Below, piece by piece: positions 42,166-52,254 of a stretch of 64,000 nt of DNA (position 1 is its first letter; each line of letters opens with the position of its first letter). Made by a program: the position numbers and the translations under genes. Source of the stretch: Myxococcales bacterium. Lineage in GTDB: Bacteria; Myxococcota_A; Polyangia; Polyangiales; DASUME01. Location: assembly GCA_047601445.1 (NCBI GenBank), contig JASGJH010000001.1:6400001-6464000 (forward strand), read 5' to 3'. Below the pieces are notes generated by a model, which worked only from the letters and a program-made list of their open reading frames with translations, ran no database searches and was not told the origin of the DNA.

Positions 42166-43326
42166 TCAGCCCTCCTCGCTGGCCATTGTAGAGCCCAGCT
42201 GCTCGCGCTCGATGCTCTCGAACAAAGCCCTGAAGTTGCCCGCGCCGAAGCCCTGGTCGCCTTTGCGCTGAATTAGCTCGTAGAAGAAAGGGCCAGCGTC
42301 GGGGCTGCCGTAGAGACCGGCCGAGTCCTTCAAGAAGATCTGCAGCAGATAGGAGTGCTCACCGTGGCCATCCACCAGGATCTCGAGCTCGCGCAGGAGC
42401 TCGAGGTCCTCGTCGAGCGCGCCGATGCCGAGGGTCGCCAAGCGTTGAGGCAGCATCTGGTAGTAGGACTCGGGTGTGGGCATGAACTCCACCCCGCGCG
42501 CCCTGAGTCCGCGCACGGCTGCGAGGATGTCGCGCGTGCCGAGCGCCACGTGCTGGACACCGTCGCCGCGGTGGCCCTCATTGAAGATGTTGATCTGGGA
42601 TTCCTTGAAGGCAGGACGGTAGGGCTCGTTGTTGGCGAACTTGATGCCGGAGGCCGGATCCCACATCACCTTGGAGCGCAGGCCCGAGCCGACCACGCCG
42701 TGGCGCGAGACGTCCCGCGTGTGAAACGCGATCTCCCACAGCACCTCGAAGCCCATCACGTGTTCCATCCAGAGCAGCGCGGGCTTCATGGTCTGAAAGT
42801 TCGAGGTAATGTGATCGATCTGCGTGAAGCCGAAGACGTTGTGGCCACCATCGGGCTTGAGCTCGAGCTCCATGCCTGGAAAGAGCCCGGGATAGCCGCG
42901 GTTTTCGATGAAACGGAAGGTGGTGTCGCCGAAGGGGGTCGTGATGGAGAAGGTGCGGATGCGGCCCGCGCCGTCACTCACGTCGAGGATGTCGGAGATG
43001 AGGGTGCCGCCGTCGCGTTCGAGCACGGCGAAGCAGCGCTCGATGTCTTCCACCTCGAACATGACGGTGCCGATGCCGTCCGGGTGACGCGAGAGGTAGC
43101 GATGGGCGCGGCCGCCGGGGCCGACGGGCGTAGAGCACACCACCACCACCTGGCCGGCTTGAAACACCAAGGAGCGCTGGTGGCCCTGTCGCTCGAGCAG
43201 CGCCGAGCTGTGCCCGACCTCCTCGAACGCCATGTGGTCGAGGTAGAAGCGCCGACTGCGCGCGAGGTCCCGCACGTAGTAGTGGACGCCGAGGAGCCTA
43301 GTAATGCCGAGCTTCCCGGTAACCAT
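42166..43326 (-). CDS. hppD: 4-hydroxyphenylpyruvate dioxygenase
   Basis: IDH, NEP, SQI, GVQHVAL, FFYELIQRKGDQGFGAGNFRALFESIE. Confidence 0.94.
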   Translation of the reverse strand: MVTGKLGITRLLGVHYYVRDLARSRRFYLDHMAFEEVGHSSALLERQGHQRSLVFQAGQVVVVCSTPVGPGGRAHRYLSRHPDGIGTVMFEVEDIERCFAVLERDGGTLISDILDVSDGAGRIRTFSITTPFGDTTFRFIENRGYPGLFPGMELELKPDGGHNVFGFTQIDHITSNFQTMKPALLWMEHVMGFEVLWEIAFHTRDVSRHGVVGSGLRSKVMWDPASGIKFANNEPYRPAFKESQINIFNEGHRGDGVQHVALGTRDILAAVRGLRARGVEFMPTPESYYQMLPQRLATLGIGALDEDLELLRELEILVDGHGEHSYLLQIFLKDSAGLYGSPDAGPFFYELIQRKGDQGFGAGNFRALFESIEREQLGSTMASEEG

Positions 43327-43357
43327 ATGGGTACTCCTTAAGTGATAGCTACTTCGC

Positions 43358-44332
43358 TCACTCCGAAAACACCTCTTGCTCGATCGACCCGAACAAGTTG
43401 TCTCCTTTCTCGCTCAACATCTCGATGCGCACGCGATCGCCGATCTTGAGGAAGGGCGTGCGTGGTGAACCGTGGACGATGGTCTCGCGGGCGCGCTGCT
43501 CGGCGAGGCAGGTAATGCCGCGCTCTTCGTCGTCGTTGGAGACCGTGCCACTGCCGAGGATGGTGCCCGCCGTGAAGGCGCGGGTCTTCGCGATGTGCGC
43601 CACCAGGTCGTGAAACGAAAAGTGCATCTCTCCGGCGTAGGGATCTCCCACCAGCTCTCCATTGAGGTAGCAGCGCAGCTGCAGGTGCACGCGGCCCTCG
43701 CGGTAGCTGCTCCCGAGCTCGTTGGGCGTGAGGGCGAAGGGAGAGAACGCGGTGGCCGGCTTGGATTGGAAGAAGCCAAAACCCTTGGCGAGCTCGTTCG
43801 GGACCAGGTTGCGGTAGGTCACGTCATTGGCGAGCATGAATAGGCAGATATGGGGCTTCACCGCGCTCGCCTCGATGCCGCGCGGCGTGTCGTTGAGCAC
43901 CGCGCAGACCTCCGCCTCGAAGTCGAGGCCCCAGCTCGCGTCGGGCAACACCAGGGGCGCGCGTGGTGCGAGCAGCACGCCGGATCCTCCCTGGTAGACC
44001 AGGGGATCCGTGCGCAGGGTCTCTGGTGGCTCGGCATTGCGCGCTCGGCGCACGCGGATCACGTGACTCAGGAAGGCCGAGCCGTCGACCCACTCGTAGG
44101 CGCGCGGCAGCGGCGCGGCGAGCTGCGTGAAGTCCAGAGCCTTCCCCGGGAGCTTGCCTTCGGAGAGTGCCCAGGAGAGGCGCTCGAGGCGCGACTCGCA
44201 GTGCGACCAGTTATCGAGGGCGGCCTGCAACGTGGGCGCCACCTCGGCCGCTTCGGCGTAGCGTTCGCCAGCCTGATCCACCACGACCAAGCGGCCGTCA
44301 CGAGTCCCGTCGGCGAGTGTGGCGAGCTTCAA
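43358..44332 (-). CDS. fahA: Fumarylacetoacetate hydrolase family protein
   Basis: KLATLADGTRDGRLVVV, DFEAE, NDVTYR, GSGTVSN; lies in the hmgA cluster. Confidence 0.88.
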   Translation of the reverse strand: MKLATLADGTRDGRLVVVDQAGERYAEAAEVAPTLQAALDNWSHCESRLERLSWALSEGKLPGKALDFTQLAAPLPRAYEWVDGSAFLSHVIRVRRARNAEPPETLRTDPLVYQGGSGVLLAPRAPLVLPDASWGLDFEAEVCAVLNDTPRGIEASAVKPHICLFMLANDVTYRNLVPNELAKGFGFFQSKPATAFSPFALTPNELGSSYREGRVHLQLRCYLNGELVGDPYAGEMHFSFHDLVAHIAKTRAFTAGTILGSGTVSNDDEERGITCLAEQRARETIVHGSPRTPFLKIGDRVRIEMLSEKGDNLFGSIEQEVFSE

Positions 44333-44398
44333 GCAGACCTCCGAAAGTGTGCGGTGCGGGTTTCGTGCTCCTCGGTCGAAAAGTAGGCAGTGCCTCGT

Positions 44399-46150
44399 TC
44401 AAATGGCAGCGTCGCGCACGCGGTCGCCGCCGTTCACCAGGGCGCGCAGGGTGGCCAGGCCCGTGGCGATGGGCTCGGCGTGCATGAACTTGATCTCGAG
44501 CCACTCGAGCCGCTGGGTAAGCGTGGCGACCAGCGGATCTCCATCGGCCACCTTCATCAGGCTCTCCAGCAGGTTCCAGCGCAATAACCAGTCGTCGGGG
44601 AATTGGCGGTCGAGCTCGGCCGCGATGCGCTCGAAGGTAGACACCAGGCGCCCACCCGCCAGGTTGTGCCAGGCGTCGATGGCCTGCTCGTAGAGCAGCA
44701 CGAGATCGCGCTCGCGCGGGGTGTACCATCTTGGCGCTGGCACCTTCGCACGCGAGAGCTCCGTGCGAGGGAAGTAGCTGGCGGAGGCGCCCGCGTGCAC
44801 GCCGGTAATGTGCTCGGCGAGCGCGAGTGGGTAGGGCGCCTGGGAGCGGAACACGCGTCCGTTGGGCAGGCTCAGCTCGAAGCGCTCCAGCACGGCCACC
44901 CGCACGCGCCCTGCGTCGATCTCGTTGCCGCGCAGCTGACCGCTGATTTGGATGCCCGAAGCGAGCTCCAGCTGGAGGCGCCCATCGCGGGTGTGGCGAC
45001 GCAGATCGTCGAGCGCAAGCGTGGAGAGCGAGGTGCCGTTGCCCAGGCGTCCGAGCGGCAGCAGATACTCGGCAGGACAGCGCGGCAGCTCGTGGTGTGA
45101 GGTCCCGAGGAGGGCCGGCGCGTCCTTGAGCTGCACCCAGCTCGGCTCGCTCTCGAAGCCCTCGAAGCGCGTCACCACACCCACCACCTCGAGCCCATTG
45201 TCGAGCTGGAGCGTGGCCACCTCGTCGCTGCGCCGGGCCACGTCGAGCGCCGGCAACGGCTTGCCGCGGTACACCAGCGATGCGCTCACCTGTTCCAGCA
45301 CTTCCGAGAGATGCTCGAAGTTCTTGGCCACGAACAGCTGGGGTTGCGGTCGCGTGATGTCGTAGTCCACATCCACGCAGGCGGCCGAGAGCGGGAGCTT
45401 CTTCACCGCAGAGTCGTGGCAGGACTGGCTCTCGCCGAGCGACGACAACAGACCCGCGCCGTACAGGGCATACTTCTCGACGCTACCGATCAGGCCGTAC
45501 TCGGAGGTCCACCAGTAGAGCCGTGCCATGCGCGCGGCTTCACTCACCTCGGTGACGTTGGACATGGTGCGGTCGAACTCGCGGCGCGCGAGGTCGATCT
45601 GCGAGGGCGTGCTCCAGGGATTCTCCTGCACCTCCGAGAGCGTGTGGATGGTCTCGTAGACCGCGCGATCGCTCGGGTTGGTGAAGGCCTTCTCGGAGAT
45701 GGCGCCGATCTCTTGGATGAAGCGCGCGTAGGCGGGCTCGCTCAGAATCGGCGCATGCCCGGCGGCCTCGTGGATGATGTCGGGGGCGGGCGTGTAGCGC
45801 AGGTGTTCCGCGGTGCGGATTTCGGCGGCGATGGGCAGCAGGCGATTGGCTTGAAAGCTCTGGAACGCGCGCGGCGGAATGAAGCCATCGACGCACACGG
45901 CACCCCAACCGAAGCGCGAGAGCTTCTCGTTCATCTCGTCGATGCGCGGGATGCGATCGATGGAGATGCCCGTGGCCGCGAGCCCGGTGCGATAGGAAGC
46001 GTGGGCCGTGTGCTGCAGGCGCGTGTAGGTTTGCAGCAGCACGAAGCGCCATACGGCATGGTCGACTTCCGTGTACTGCCCGTAGTCCTGCTCGACCACG
46101 TACCTTCGCAGGTGCGCTGGAACGAGCGGCGCTTGGCGTTCCGACAGCAC
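44399..46150 (-). CDS. phhA: Phenylalanine 4-monooxygenase, long form with C-terminal extension
   Basis: YTPAPDIIHEAAGH, YWWTSEYGL, YGAGLLSS, YDITRPQPQLFV. Confidence 0.92.
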   Translation of the reverse strand: MLSERQAPLVPAHLRRYVVEQDYGQYTEVDHAVWRFVLLQTYTRLQHTAHASYRTGLAATGISIDRIPRIDEMNEKLSRFGWGAVCVDGFIPPRAFQSFQANRLLPIAAEIRTAEHLRYTPAPDIIHEAAGHAPILSEPAYARFIQEIGAISEKAFTNPSDRAVYETIHTLSEVQENPWSTPSQIDLARREFDRTMSNVTEVSEAARMARLYWWTSEYGLIGSVEKYALYGAGLLSSLGESQSCHDSAVKKLPLSAACVDVDYDITRPQPQLFVAKNFEHLSEVLEQVSASLVYRGKPLPALDVARRSDEVATLQLDNGLEVVGVVTRFEGFESEPSWVQLKDAPALLGTSHHELPRCPAEYLLPLGRLGNGTSLSTLALDDLRRHTRDGRLQLELASGIQISGQLRGNEIDAGRVRVAVLERFELSLPNGRVFRSQAPYPLALAEHITGVHAGASASYFPRTELSRAKVPAPRWYTPRERDLVLLYEQAIDAWHNLAGGRLVSTFERIAAELDRQFPDDWLLRWNLLESLMKVADGDPLVATLTQRLEWLEIKFMHAEPIATGLATLRALVNGGDRVRDAAI

Positions 46151-46276
46151 CTTAAGAGCCTACCGCACTCGGCCGCGGGTGAGCCAAGTCAAACCCGGTT
46201 GCTCCCGGGTGCGGCAGAGTCGCCTGCGCCGCGGATTGCGCGCTAGCGCACAACCGGGACAGGCGTGTCACTGAAA

Positions 46277-46311
46277 GAGCCGGCGCCGTCGGGGGACGGC
46301 GCCGTGGGCTC
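46277..46311 (-). terminator. GC hairpin, probable intrinsic terminator of the 46315 gene
   Basis: CGGCGCCGTC-GGGG-GACGGCGCCG perfect 10-bp stem just after the stop; only a short T run on the minus strand. Confidence 0.6.
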
Positions 46312-46314
46312 ATT

Positions 46315-48879
46315 TCACTGGGCGGGAAGGGTCGGGGCGCAGGTCACGGAGTTGTCGACGCACTGCGTGCCGCCGGAGACGCTGCAGGGCTTCATGCCGG
46401 TCGGGCACACGCAGGAACCCGCCTGACAGCTGCCGTAGAAGCACTGGAAGTCGCAGCTGCCGCAGTTGTCCGCCTCGGTCAGCAAGTCGTTGCACTTGTC
46501 CTGGTAGTAGTCGCACATGCCGGTGGTCACGCCGTCGCAGCTAAGCAGCTGACAGCTGTAGGTCCCCTGGTTTTCGACGCACGCCTCGTTGTACTGGCAT
46601 GCAGCTCCGCAGCCGCCGCAGTCGGCACGGTTGGTGAGGTTCGAGCAGTACGGGATGTTGGGGTAGGAGGTGCAGGCGGTGAGGCCAGCGGCGCAGCCGC
46701 AGCCGACGCCGTCGCAGCTCTCGGTCGGTTCGCAGTAGTTGCCGCAGTCGCCGCAGTTCGCCGTGTCGTTGGGCACGCACTGGTGGTTGCAGGCGAGTGC
46801 TCCGGCGCCGCAGTTGGGATTCGTGCAGGCGCCGTTCTGGCAGATCTGCGTGGGGTCGCAACCGGTGTAGTCGCCACAGGTGGTGCCGCAGTGGTCGCCG
46901 TCGTTGGCCAGGTCGAGGCACATGCCGTTGCACATGGTCTGCCCCGCCGGACAGGTCTTGGCAGTGCAGCTGCCGGCCACGCAGTCCTCGGCCTTGTAGT
47001 CGCACTGGGCGGCGGCGTTGGGCACGCCCTGATTGGAGCCGCAGGCGCCGCAGTTGTTGACGTCGGTCTTGGTGTCGACGCAGGCGAAGTTCTCGTTCTC
47101 GCTGTAGGGCTTGCACATGGTGGTGCCGTTCGTGCAGCCGCACTGGCCTGCCACGCACGCCATGTTGGGATTGGGCCCTTCGCCGAACTTGTCGCACGTG
47201 TTGCCGCACGCGCCGCAGTTGAGCTGGTCGTTCTGCGTGTCCACGCAGGCCACGACGTTGCGATTGATGTCGTAGTTGTAGTAGTTGCAGGCGACCGTGT
47301 TGTCACTGCACGTCAGCGCCACGCATTTGCCGGCCTGGCAGATCTCGAGCGCTTGCGTATTGCAGCCGTTGTAGATCGAGCCACAGTTGTTCGGGTCGTT
47401 CTGCGTGTCGACGCATTCGTACCCCTCGCCGTTCTTGACGGTCCAACCCACCGGGCAGGCGCAGAAGCCGTTCACGCACGTGGTGCCGTACGGATAGCCC
47501 TCGCCCGTGCAGTCCACGCGCGCGCCACAGCTCGTGCCGCACTGGGTCGGGTTGTTGCGCATGTCCACGCACTCGGTGCCGCACAACTCGTAGCCCACGG
47601 GACAACGCGGTCCATTGGCGGCCGGCGCCACCAGCTGCAGTACACCGAGGTCCGTACAGGCGTTCTTGTCAGCGGCCACGGTCTTGATGTCCGCCCCGCT
47701 GGTGAAGCTCAACACGCTCGAGCTGCCGAAGTCGTTGGACGCCACCGCGGTGAAGGGTTGGTTGGCCTCGAGGTCGAGGTAGAAGCAGCCGTTCGCGTCG
47801 GTATTGAGGTTGCTCGAGAAGGGGCTGCTCGAGCCGCTGATGGACACGCTGGCTCCCACCGAAGCCACGGTGCCCGCCGCTTGCTTCACGCATGCGCGCA
47901 CGCAGCTGATGTTCTCCGCGGGCACGAGCTCGTCCGCGGTCCACCACGACATGTGCTTGATCTTACCCTTGTATACGGCCTTGCCCTCATCGTCCTTGGT
48001 CTTGGTGGCGGTGCCTTCCTTCTTCCAGACGCCGTCCTTCTCATCGAGCGACCACAGGCCGATCTCATCGGGCGGATTCGCGGACTTGGTGGAGATCGGG
48101 AAGATCACCTCGGCCTCCTTGCCGTCGGCGATCTGCAGCTTCGCACCGTCGGTATCGACCACACGGACTTCCACGGGCGTGTTGCCCTTGAGCACGCCGG
48201 ACACGCTCTCGTCATTGCCCTTGGAGCTGCCCGCCTTGACCTTGCCCTCGGGCACCGCGGCCACGGCGATGGTGGCGTCGCCCTTGAGGTCGCCGCCATC
48301 GTTGCGCTTGAAGCTGTCGGCCGCGAAGATCACGCCGCCGCCGCTGTCCTTGTCCTTGGCGCTGCCACCCTTGGTGGGGTCGATGGTCTTCTTGAAGACC
48401 GACTTGAGGAACAGCTCGAGGTATACCGAGCTGTTCTCGCTCACGGTCACCGGTCGCAGCGCCCAGGTGTAGTCGTCGCTCTCGGCGCGCACGATGCCGT
48501 CGCCCGGCGAAAGCTTCTCGAACTTGAAGAAGCCGTCGGAGCCGGTGGTAGTGGTCACGTCACCGGGACCGGTGATGCGCACGTTGGCCAGGGCAACCGG
48601 AGGATTGGTGTTGGTGAAGACGAAGCCGCCGACGCTGCCTTCCGGCAAGTCGACCACGGCTCCATCGGGCAGGCCGCCGTCGCAGAAAACACAGCCACCA
48701 TCGAACGGGCCGTCGCCGTCTCCATCGCCGTGGACGATGGGTCCGCTGTCGAGGTCGCCGTCGCCGGCCCCCGAGTCGGAATCCTGCGTTTTGCCTCCCG
48801 ATTTGTGCGAGTCATCGCACGCGCTCAGCAACAACAGCGAAGCGCAAAGCCCCAGCCACAGCCCCGACCTGGCAACCAT
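46315..48879 (-). CDS. Large lipoprotein with carboxypeptidase-regulatory-like domain and Stig1-like Cys-rich repeats
   Basis: Lipobox LSAC; TTTGSDGFF, KHMSWW; repeated C.D...D..NCG.CG..C units. Confidence 0.85.
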   Translation of the reverse strand: MVARSGLWLGLCASLLLLSACDDSHKSGGKTQDSDSGAGDGDLDSGPIVHGDGDGDGPFDGGCVFCDGGLPDGAVVDLPEGSVGGFVFTNTNPPVALANVRITGPGDVTTTTGSDGFFKFEKLSPGDGIVRAESDDYTWALRPVTVSENSSVYLELFLKSVFKKTIDPTKGGSAKDKDSGGGVIFAADSFKRNDGGDLKGDATIAVAAVPEGKVKAGSSKGNDESVSGVLKGNTPVEVRVVDTDGAKLQIADGKEAEVIFPISTKSANPPDEIGLWSLDEKDGVWKKEGTATKTKDDEGKAVYKGKIKHMSWWTADELVPAENISCVRACVKQAAGTVASVGASVSISGSSSPFSSNLNTDANGCFYLDLEANQPFTAVASNDFGSSSVLSFTSGADIKTVAADKNACTDLGVLQLVAPAANGPRCPVGYELCGTECVDMRNNPTQCGTSCGARVDCTGEGYPYGTTCVNGFCACPVGWTVKNGEGYECVDTQNDPNNCGSIYNGCNTQALEICQAGKCVALTCSDNTVACNYYNYDINRNVVACVDTQNDQLNCGACGNTCDKFGEGPNPNMACVAGQCGCTNGTTMCKPYSENENFACVDTKTDVNNCGACGSNQGVPNAAAQCDYKAEDCVAGSCTAKTCPAGQTMCNGMCLDLANDGDHCGTTCGDYTGCDPTQICQNGACTNPNCGAGALACNHQCVPNDTANCGDCGNYCEPTESCDGVGCGCAAGLTACTSYPNIPYCSNLTNRADCGGCGAACQYNEACVENQGTYSCQLLSCDGVTTGMCDYYQDKCNDLLTEADNCGSCDFQCFYGSCQAGSCVCPTGMKPCSVSGGTQCVDNSVTCAPTLPAQ

Positions 48880-49092
48880 GTATCTCCATCCCCCATCTGC
48901 ATGTTCGGCGCGCTCGCCGGCGCGACCCTGAACATGGGGTGATGGTACCGGAAGCTCCGCGAGCTCCACCAGCTTTGGTCACCTTCGCGCGCAGCGCAGG
49001 TGGGATGGAGTGGTTGCTCGAGGGAGGATGCGCACGTTCGAGGGGGGAGGAGAGACTTGGAACGTTGGGCGAGATTTTCAGGGTGCGGTGGA

Positions 49093-49293
49093 AGGGATCG
49101 TCGCCGTCGCCGTCGCCCTCAACCGCTTGCGCTGACCACGTCAACGTGAACCGCTGTCGCTGACCACGTCAACGTCAACCGCTTTCGCTGTCAACGTCAA
49201 CGCTGGTAGCGCACGCGACCGTTGCCGTTGACAGCGCAGCGGTTGACAGCGCCAGCGGTTGACAGCGCCAGACGGCGACGCGCTACCCTTGAC
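49093..49293. repeat. REP-like composite repeat element, copy B (opposite orientation to copy A, no IS)
   Basis: 28-bp tandem AACCGCTnnCGCTGACCACGTCAACGT(G/C) from 49121; forward TTGACAGCGC(C)AGCGG units at 49228, 49243 and 49259 (partial). Ends match copy A (34/35 and 13/13). Confidence 0.85.
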
Positions 49294-49397
49294 GTCCCTA
49301 CCAATCAAACGTCATCCGACCCCCGCTGCCCCAAAAACGACGACGCCCACGTCTTTCAACGCGGGCATCTCGCAGCATCTCCCGTTTCCTCTTCAGC

Positions 49398-50619
49398 TCA
49401 GCGCAAGTGCGTCGAGCTCAAGTCGAGCAACCGCCGCGCGATGACGAGCATCTGGATCTGCTGCGTCCCCTCGAAGATGTCCAAGATCTTCGAATCGCGG
49501 CTCCACTTCTCGAGCAGCTCGTTCTCGCCGTAGCCCAGCGCACCGCACAGCTCCACGCAGCGCAGCGTGATGTAGTTGCCCACGCGGCCGGCCTTGGCCT
49601 TGGCCATCGAGGCTTCCATGGAGTTCGGCTTCTTGTTGTCCGCCATCCACGCCGCACGCACGGTGAGCAGGTAGGCGGCCTCGAGCTCGGCTTCCATGCG
49701 GAGCAGCTCGGCTTCCACCGCGCTCTTGGTGAACAGGCTGCCACCGTAGTTCACGCGCACACCCTCCTTTTCGAGGATCTCGCGCGTGAGTTCCAGCGAC
49801 GCCCGAGCCACGCCGAGCGCCATGCCGGCGACCAACGGACGCGTGTTGTCGAACGTCGCCATGGCACCGGCGAAGCTCTTCTTCACGTCGATCTCGGCGC
49901 TGCCCAGGATGTTGTCCTTGGGGATGCGGCAGTCCTCGAGCAGGATGGTGGCCGTGTCCGACGCGCGGATGCCCATCTTCTTCTCGAGCCGCGCCACGCG
50001 CATGCCCGGACGGCCCTTCTCCACCACGAAGCTCTTGATGGCCGCGCGGCCCAGGCTCGGATCGAGCGAGGCCCACACGACCACCAGCTCGCAGCGCTCG
50101 CCGGCAGTCACGAAGATCTTCTCGCCGTTGAGCACCCACTCGTCGCCCTCGAGCCGCGCGGTGGCGCGGATGGCTGCCGAGTCGCTGCCCGCGCTGGGCT
50201 CCGTGATCGCCATGGAGGCCCACTTGCCGCCGAAGCGCTCGATCTGCTCGGGCGTGGCCACCGCGTCGATGGCCGCATTGCCGAGGCCCTGACCGGGCAG
50301 CGTCAAGAGCAGGCCCACGTCGCCCCAGCACAGCTCGATGGTGCCGAGCAGCGTCGACATGTTGCCGCCGTTGCGCACGCCGCCTTCTTCGGCCTTCTTC
50401 TCCTTGGACTTGCCGGTCATCTGACCGGAGCCCACGCCCGCGCTCGAGCCACCCTCGCCCATGCCGCGCAGAATCGCGCCGATCATGTCGAGTTCCTTCG
50501 GATACGCGTGCTCCAGGCTGTCGTACTTGCGCGAGATGGGGCGGAACATCTCCTTGCCCACCTGGTGAGCCTGCATGACGAGGGGCTTAATCCTTCTTCG
50601 GGATTTCGAGATTGATCAT
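49398..50619 (-). CDS. Acyl-CoA dehydrogenase (FadE23-like) with an apparent 1-nt insertion in the first ~10 codons
   Basis: GAGGAGG SD + ATG at 50619 gives MINLEIPKK then a stop; IKPLVMQAHQ continues in the next frame. AITEPSAGSD, KMGIRASDT, DIFEGTQQIQ. Confidence 0.88.
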
Positions 50620-50629
50620 GACTGCCTCC

Positions 50630-51943
50630 TCACACGCTCACTGCGCCTTCGGCGACGCCGACGGCCCGAAGTTGCCGGTACCAGAGCTCCACGGGGTGCT
50701 CCTTGATGAAGCCGTGGCCGCCCAGGAGCTGCACGCCGGTGGTGCCGATGTACATGCCCTTCTCGGCGCACTGCACGCGCACGAGGGCCGCTTCGCGGTG
50801 GAAGGGTAGACCCTGCTCCGCGCGGCTCGCGGCGCGCCACACCATCAGACGCATGGCGTCGAGCTCGAGCGCGATGTCCGCCACGGCGAAGGCCACGGAC
50901 TGACGGTTGGCGATGGGTTCGCCGAAGGCCTTGCGGTCCTTGACGTACTCCTTCACGTAGTCGAGCACCGCGTCGCAGGTGCCCACGGTGAGGGCGCCCC
51001 AGGCGATGCGCGAGAGGTCGATCAAGCGCTGCGCGTCGATGCCCTCGTCGCCGCCGAGCTTGGCGCCCTTGGGCACGCGCACGTGGTCGAGCTTGATGCG
51101 GCCGAGCTTGGCGGCGCGCAGACCCATGGTGGGCTCGGGTTCCACCGTGAGGCCGGCGATGCCCTTGTCCACCAAGAAGGCCTGGGGCTTGCCCGCGAGG
51201 TCGGCGATCACCAGGAATAGCTCGCAGTCCTCGGCGATCGGCACCATCGACTTCTCGCCCGTGATCACGTACTCGCCGTTATTGAGCGAGGCGCGCGTGG
51301 TGAGGCGCTCCGGATCGAACAGCGGACGACCCTCGAGCAGCGCCATGGCCGCGGGGTAGAACTGCTCTCCGATGAAGGCGGGCAAGTAGTTGCCCTGTTG
51401 CTCGGCGGTACCGAAGTCCACCAGCGCGTTGACGACCGCGAGCGGGGCGAGGGCGGCCAGGGCCAGACCCATGTCGCCCTTGGCGAGATCTTCGCACACG
51501 AGGGCGTTGGTGGTCACCGAACGCTCCGAGCCCGCGCCACCGAGGGCCTCGGGCGTGGCCAGCTGCGAGAGACCGAGTTCGTGGGACTCGTCGAGCAGTC
51601 CGGCAGGAGGCGTGCAAGCTTCGTCGGCGTGCAGGGCCTCGGTGCGCAGGCGCTCCTTGGCGAAGCGCACCATGGTGTCGCGTACGAGCTCCTGGGACTC
51701 CGTGAGCGTGAGGTCGAACAGCGTGGGCTTGGGCGCGTCGCCCGGGGTCGCCATGCGCGTGGGTTCGAGCAGCTTCACGACGGGACGCGCGCGGGCCATG
51801 GCCTCGGTCGCGACCTTCACGGAGATCTTCGAGCCGCGATACAGGATCTTCTCGAGCGATTCAGTCACGCCCAGCTTCTGCAGAAGCGGAGAGCCCGCAA
51901 TCTGGCTGAGCACCTTGAGAGATGTTCCAACCGCGCGTTCCAT
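50630..51943 (-). CDS. Acyl-CoA dehydrogenase (FadE24-like partner)
   Basis: LFDLTLTESQ, LAKGDMGLA, RKAFGEPIANRQSVAF, VQLLGGHGFIKEHPVELWYR. Confidence 0.92.
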   Translation of the reverse strand: MERAVGTSLKVLSQIAGSPLLQKLGVTESLEKILYRGSKISVKVATEAMARARPVVKLLEPTRMATPGDAPKPTLFDLTLTESQELVRDTMVRFAKERLRTEALHADEACTPPAGLLDESHELGLSQLATPEALGGAGSERSVTTNALVCEDLAKGDMGLALAALAPLAVVNALVDFGTAEQQGNYLPAFIGEQFYPAAMALLEGRPLFDPERLTTRASLNNGEYVITGEKSMVPIAEDCELFLVIADLAGKPQAFLVDKGIAGLTVEPEPTMGLRAAKLGRIKLDHVRVPKGAKLGGDEGIDAQRLIDLSRIAWGALTVGTCDAVLDYVKEYVKDRKAFGEPIANRQSVAFAVADIALELDAMRLMVWRAASRAEQGLPFHREAALVRVQCAEKGMYIGTTGVQLLGGHGFIKEHPVELWYRQLRAVGVAEGAVSV

Positions 51944-52254
51944 CGCGCACCTTCCTTCTAAGACGAGTCTCGGTCAGGTCCGTTCCGAGCTCGTTATTGA
52001 CTTTCGTTTAATACTAACCGTGGCGGAATGCAATGGCCGCGGCCGGGAGAGCTGGAATCTACCTCCGTCGACGTCCCGCGAGAGTGACAGAAGGCGCCCA
52101 AAATCGTTGCGGAATCTCGGCGTTTCGGGCCGGCTGGGCCGGCCGTCCCGTTGCCCCGCAGCAAAGGTTCGAGGGACCACAGGAAATAGGCCCCCTCGCA
52201 GCGGGCCTGGCTTGGGCCCGGGAGCCAAAATTGAGAAACCGAGAACCGTCCCCT

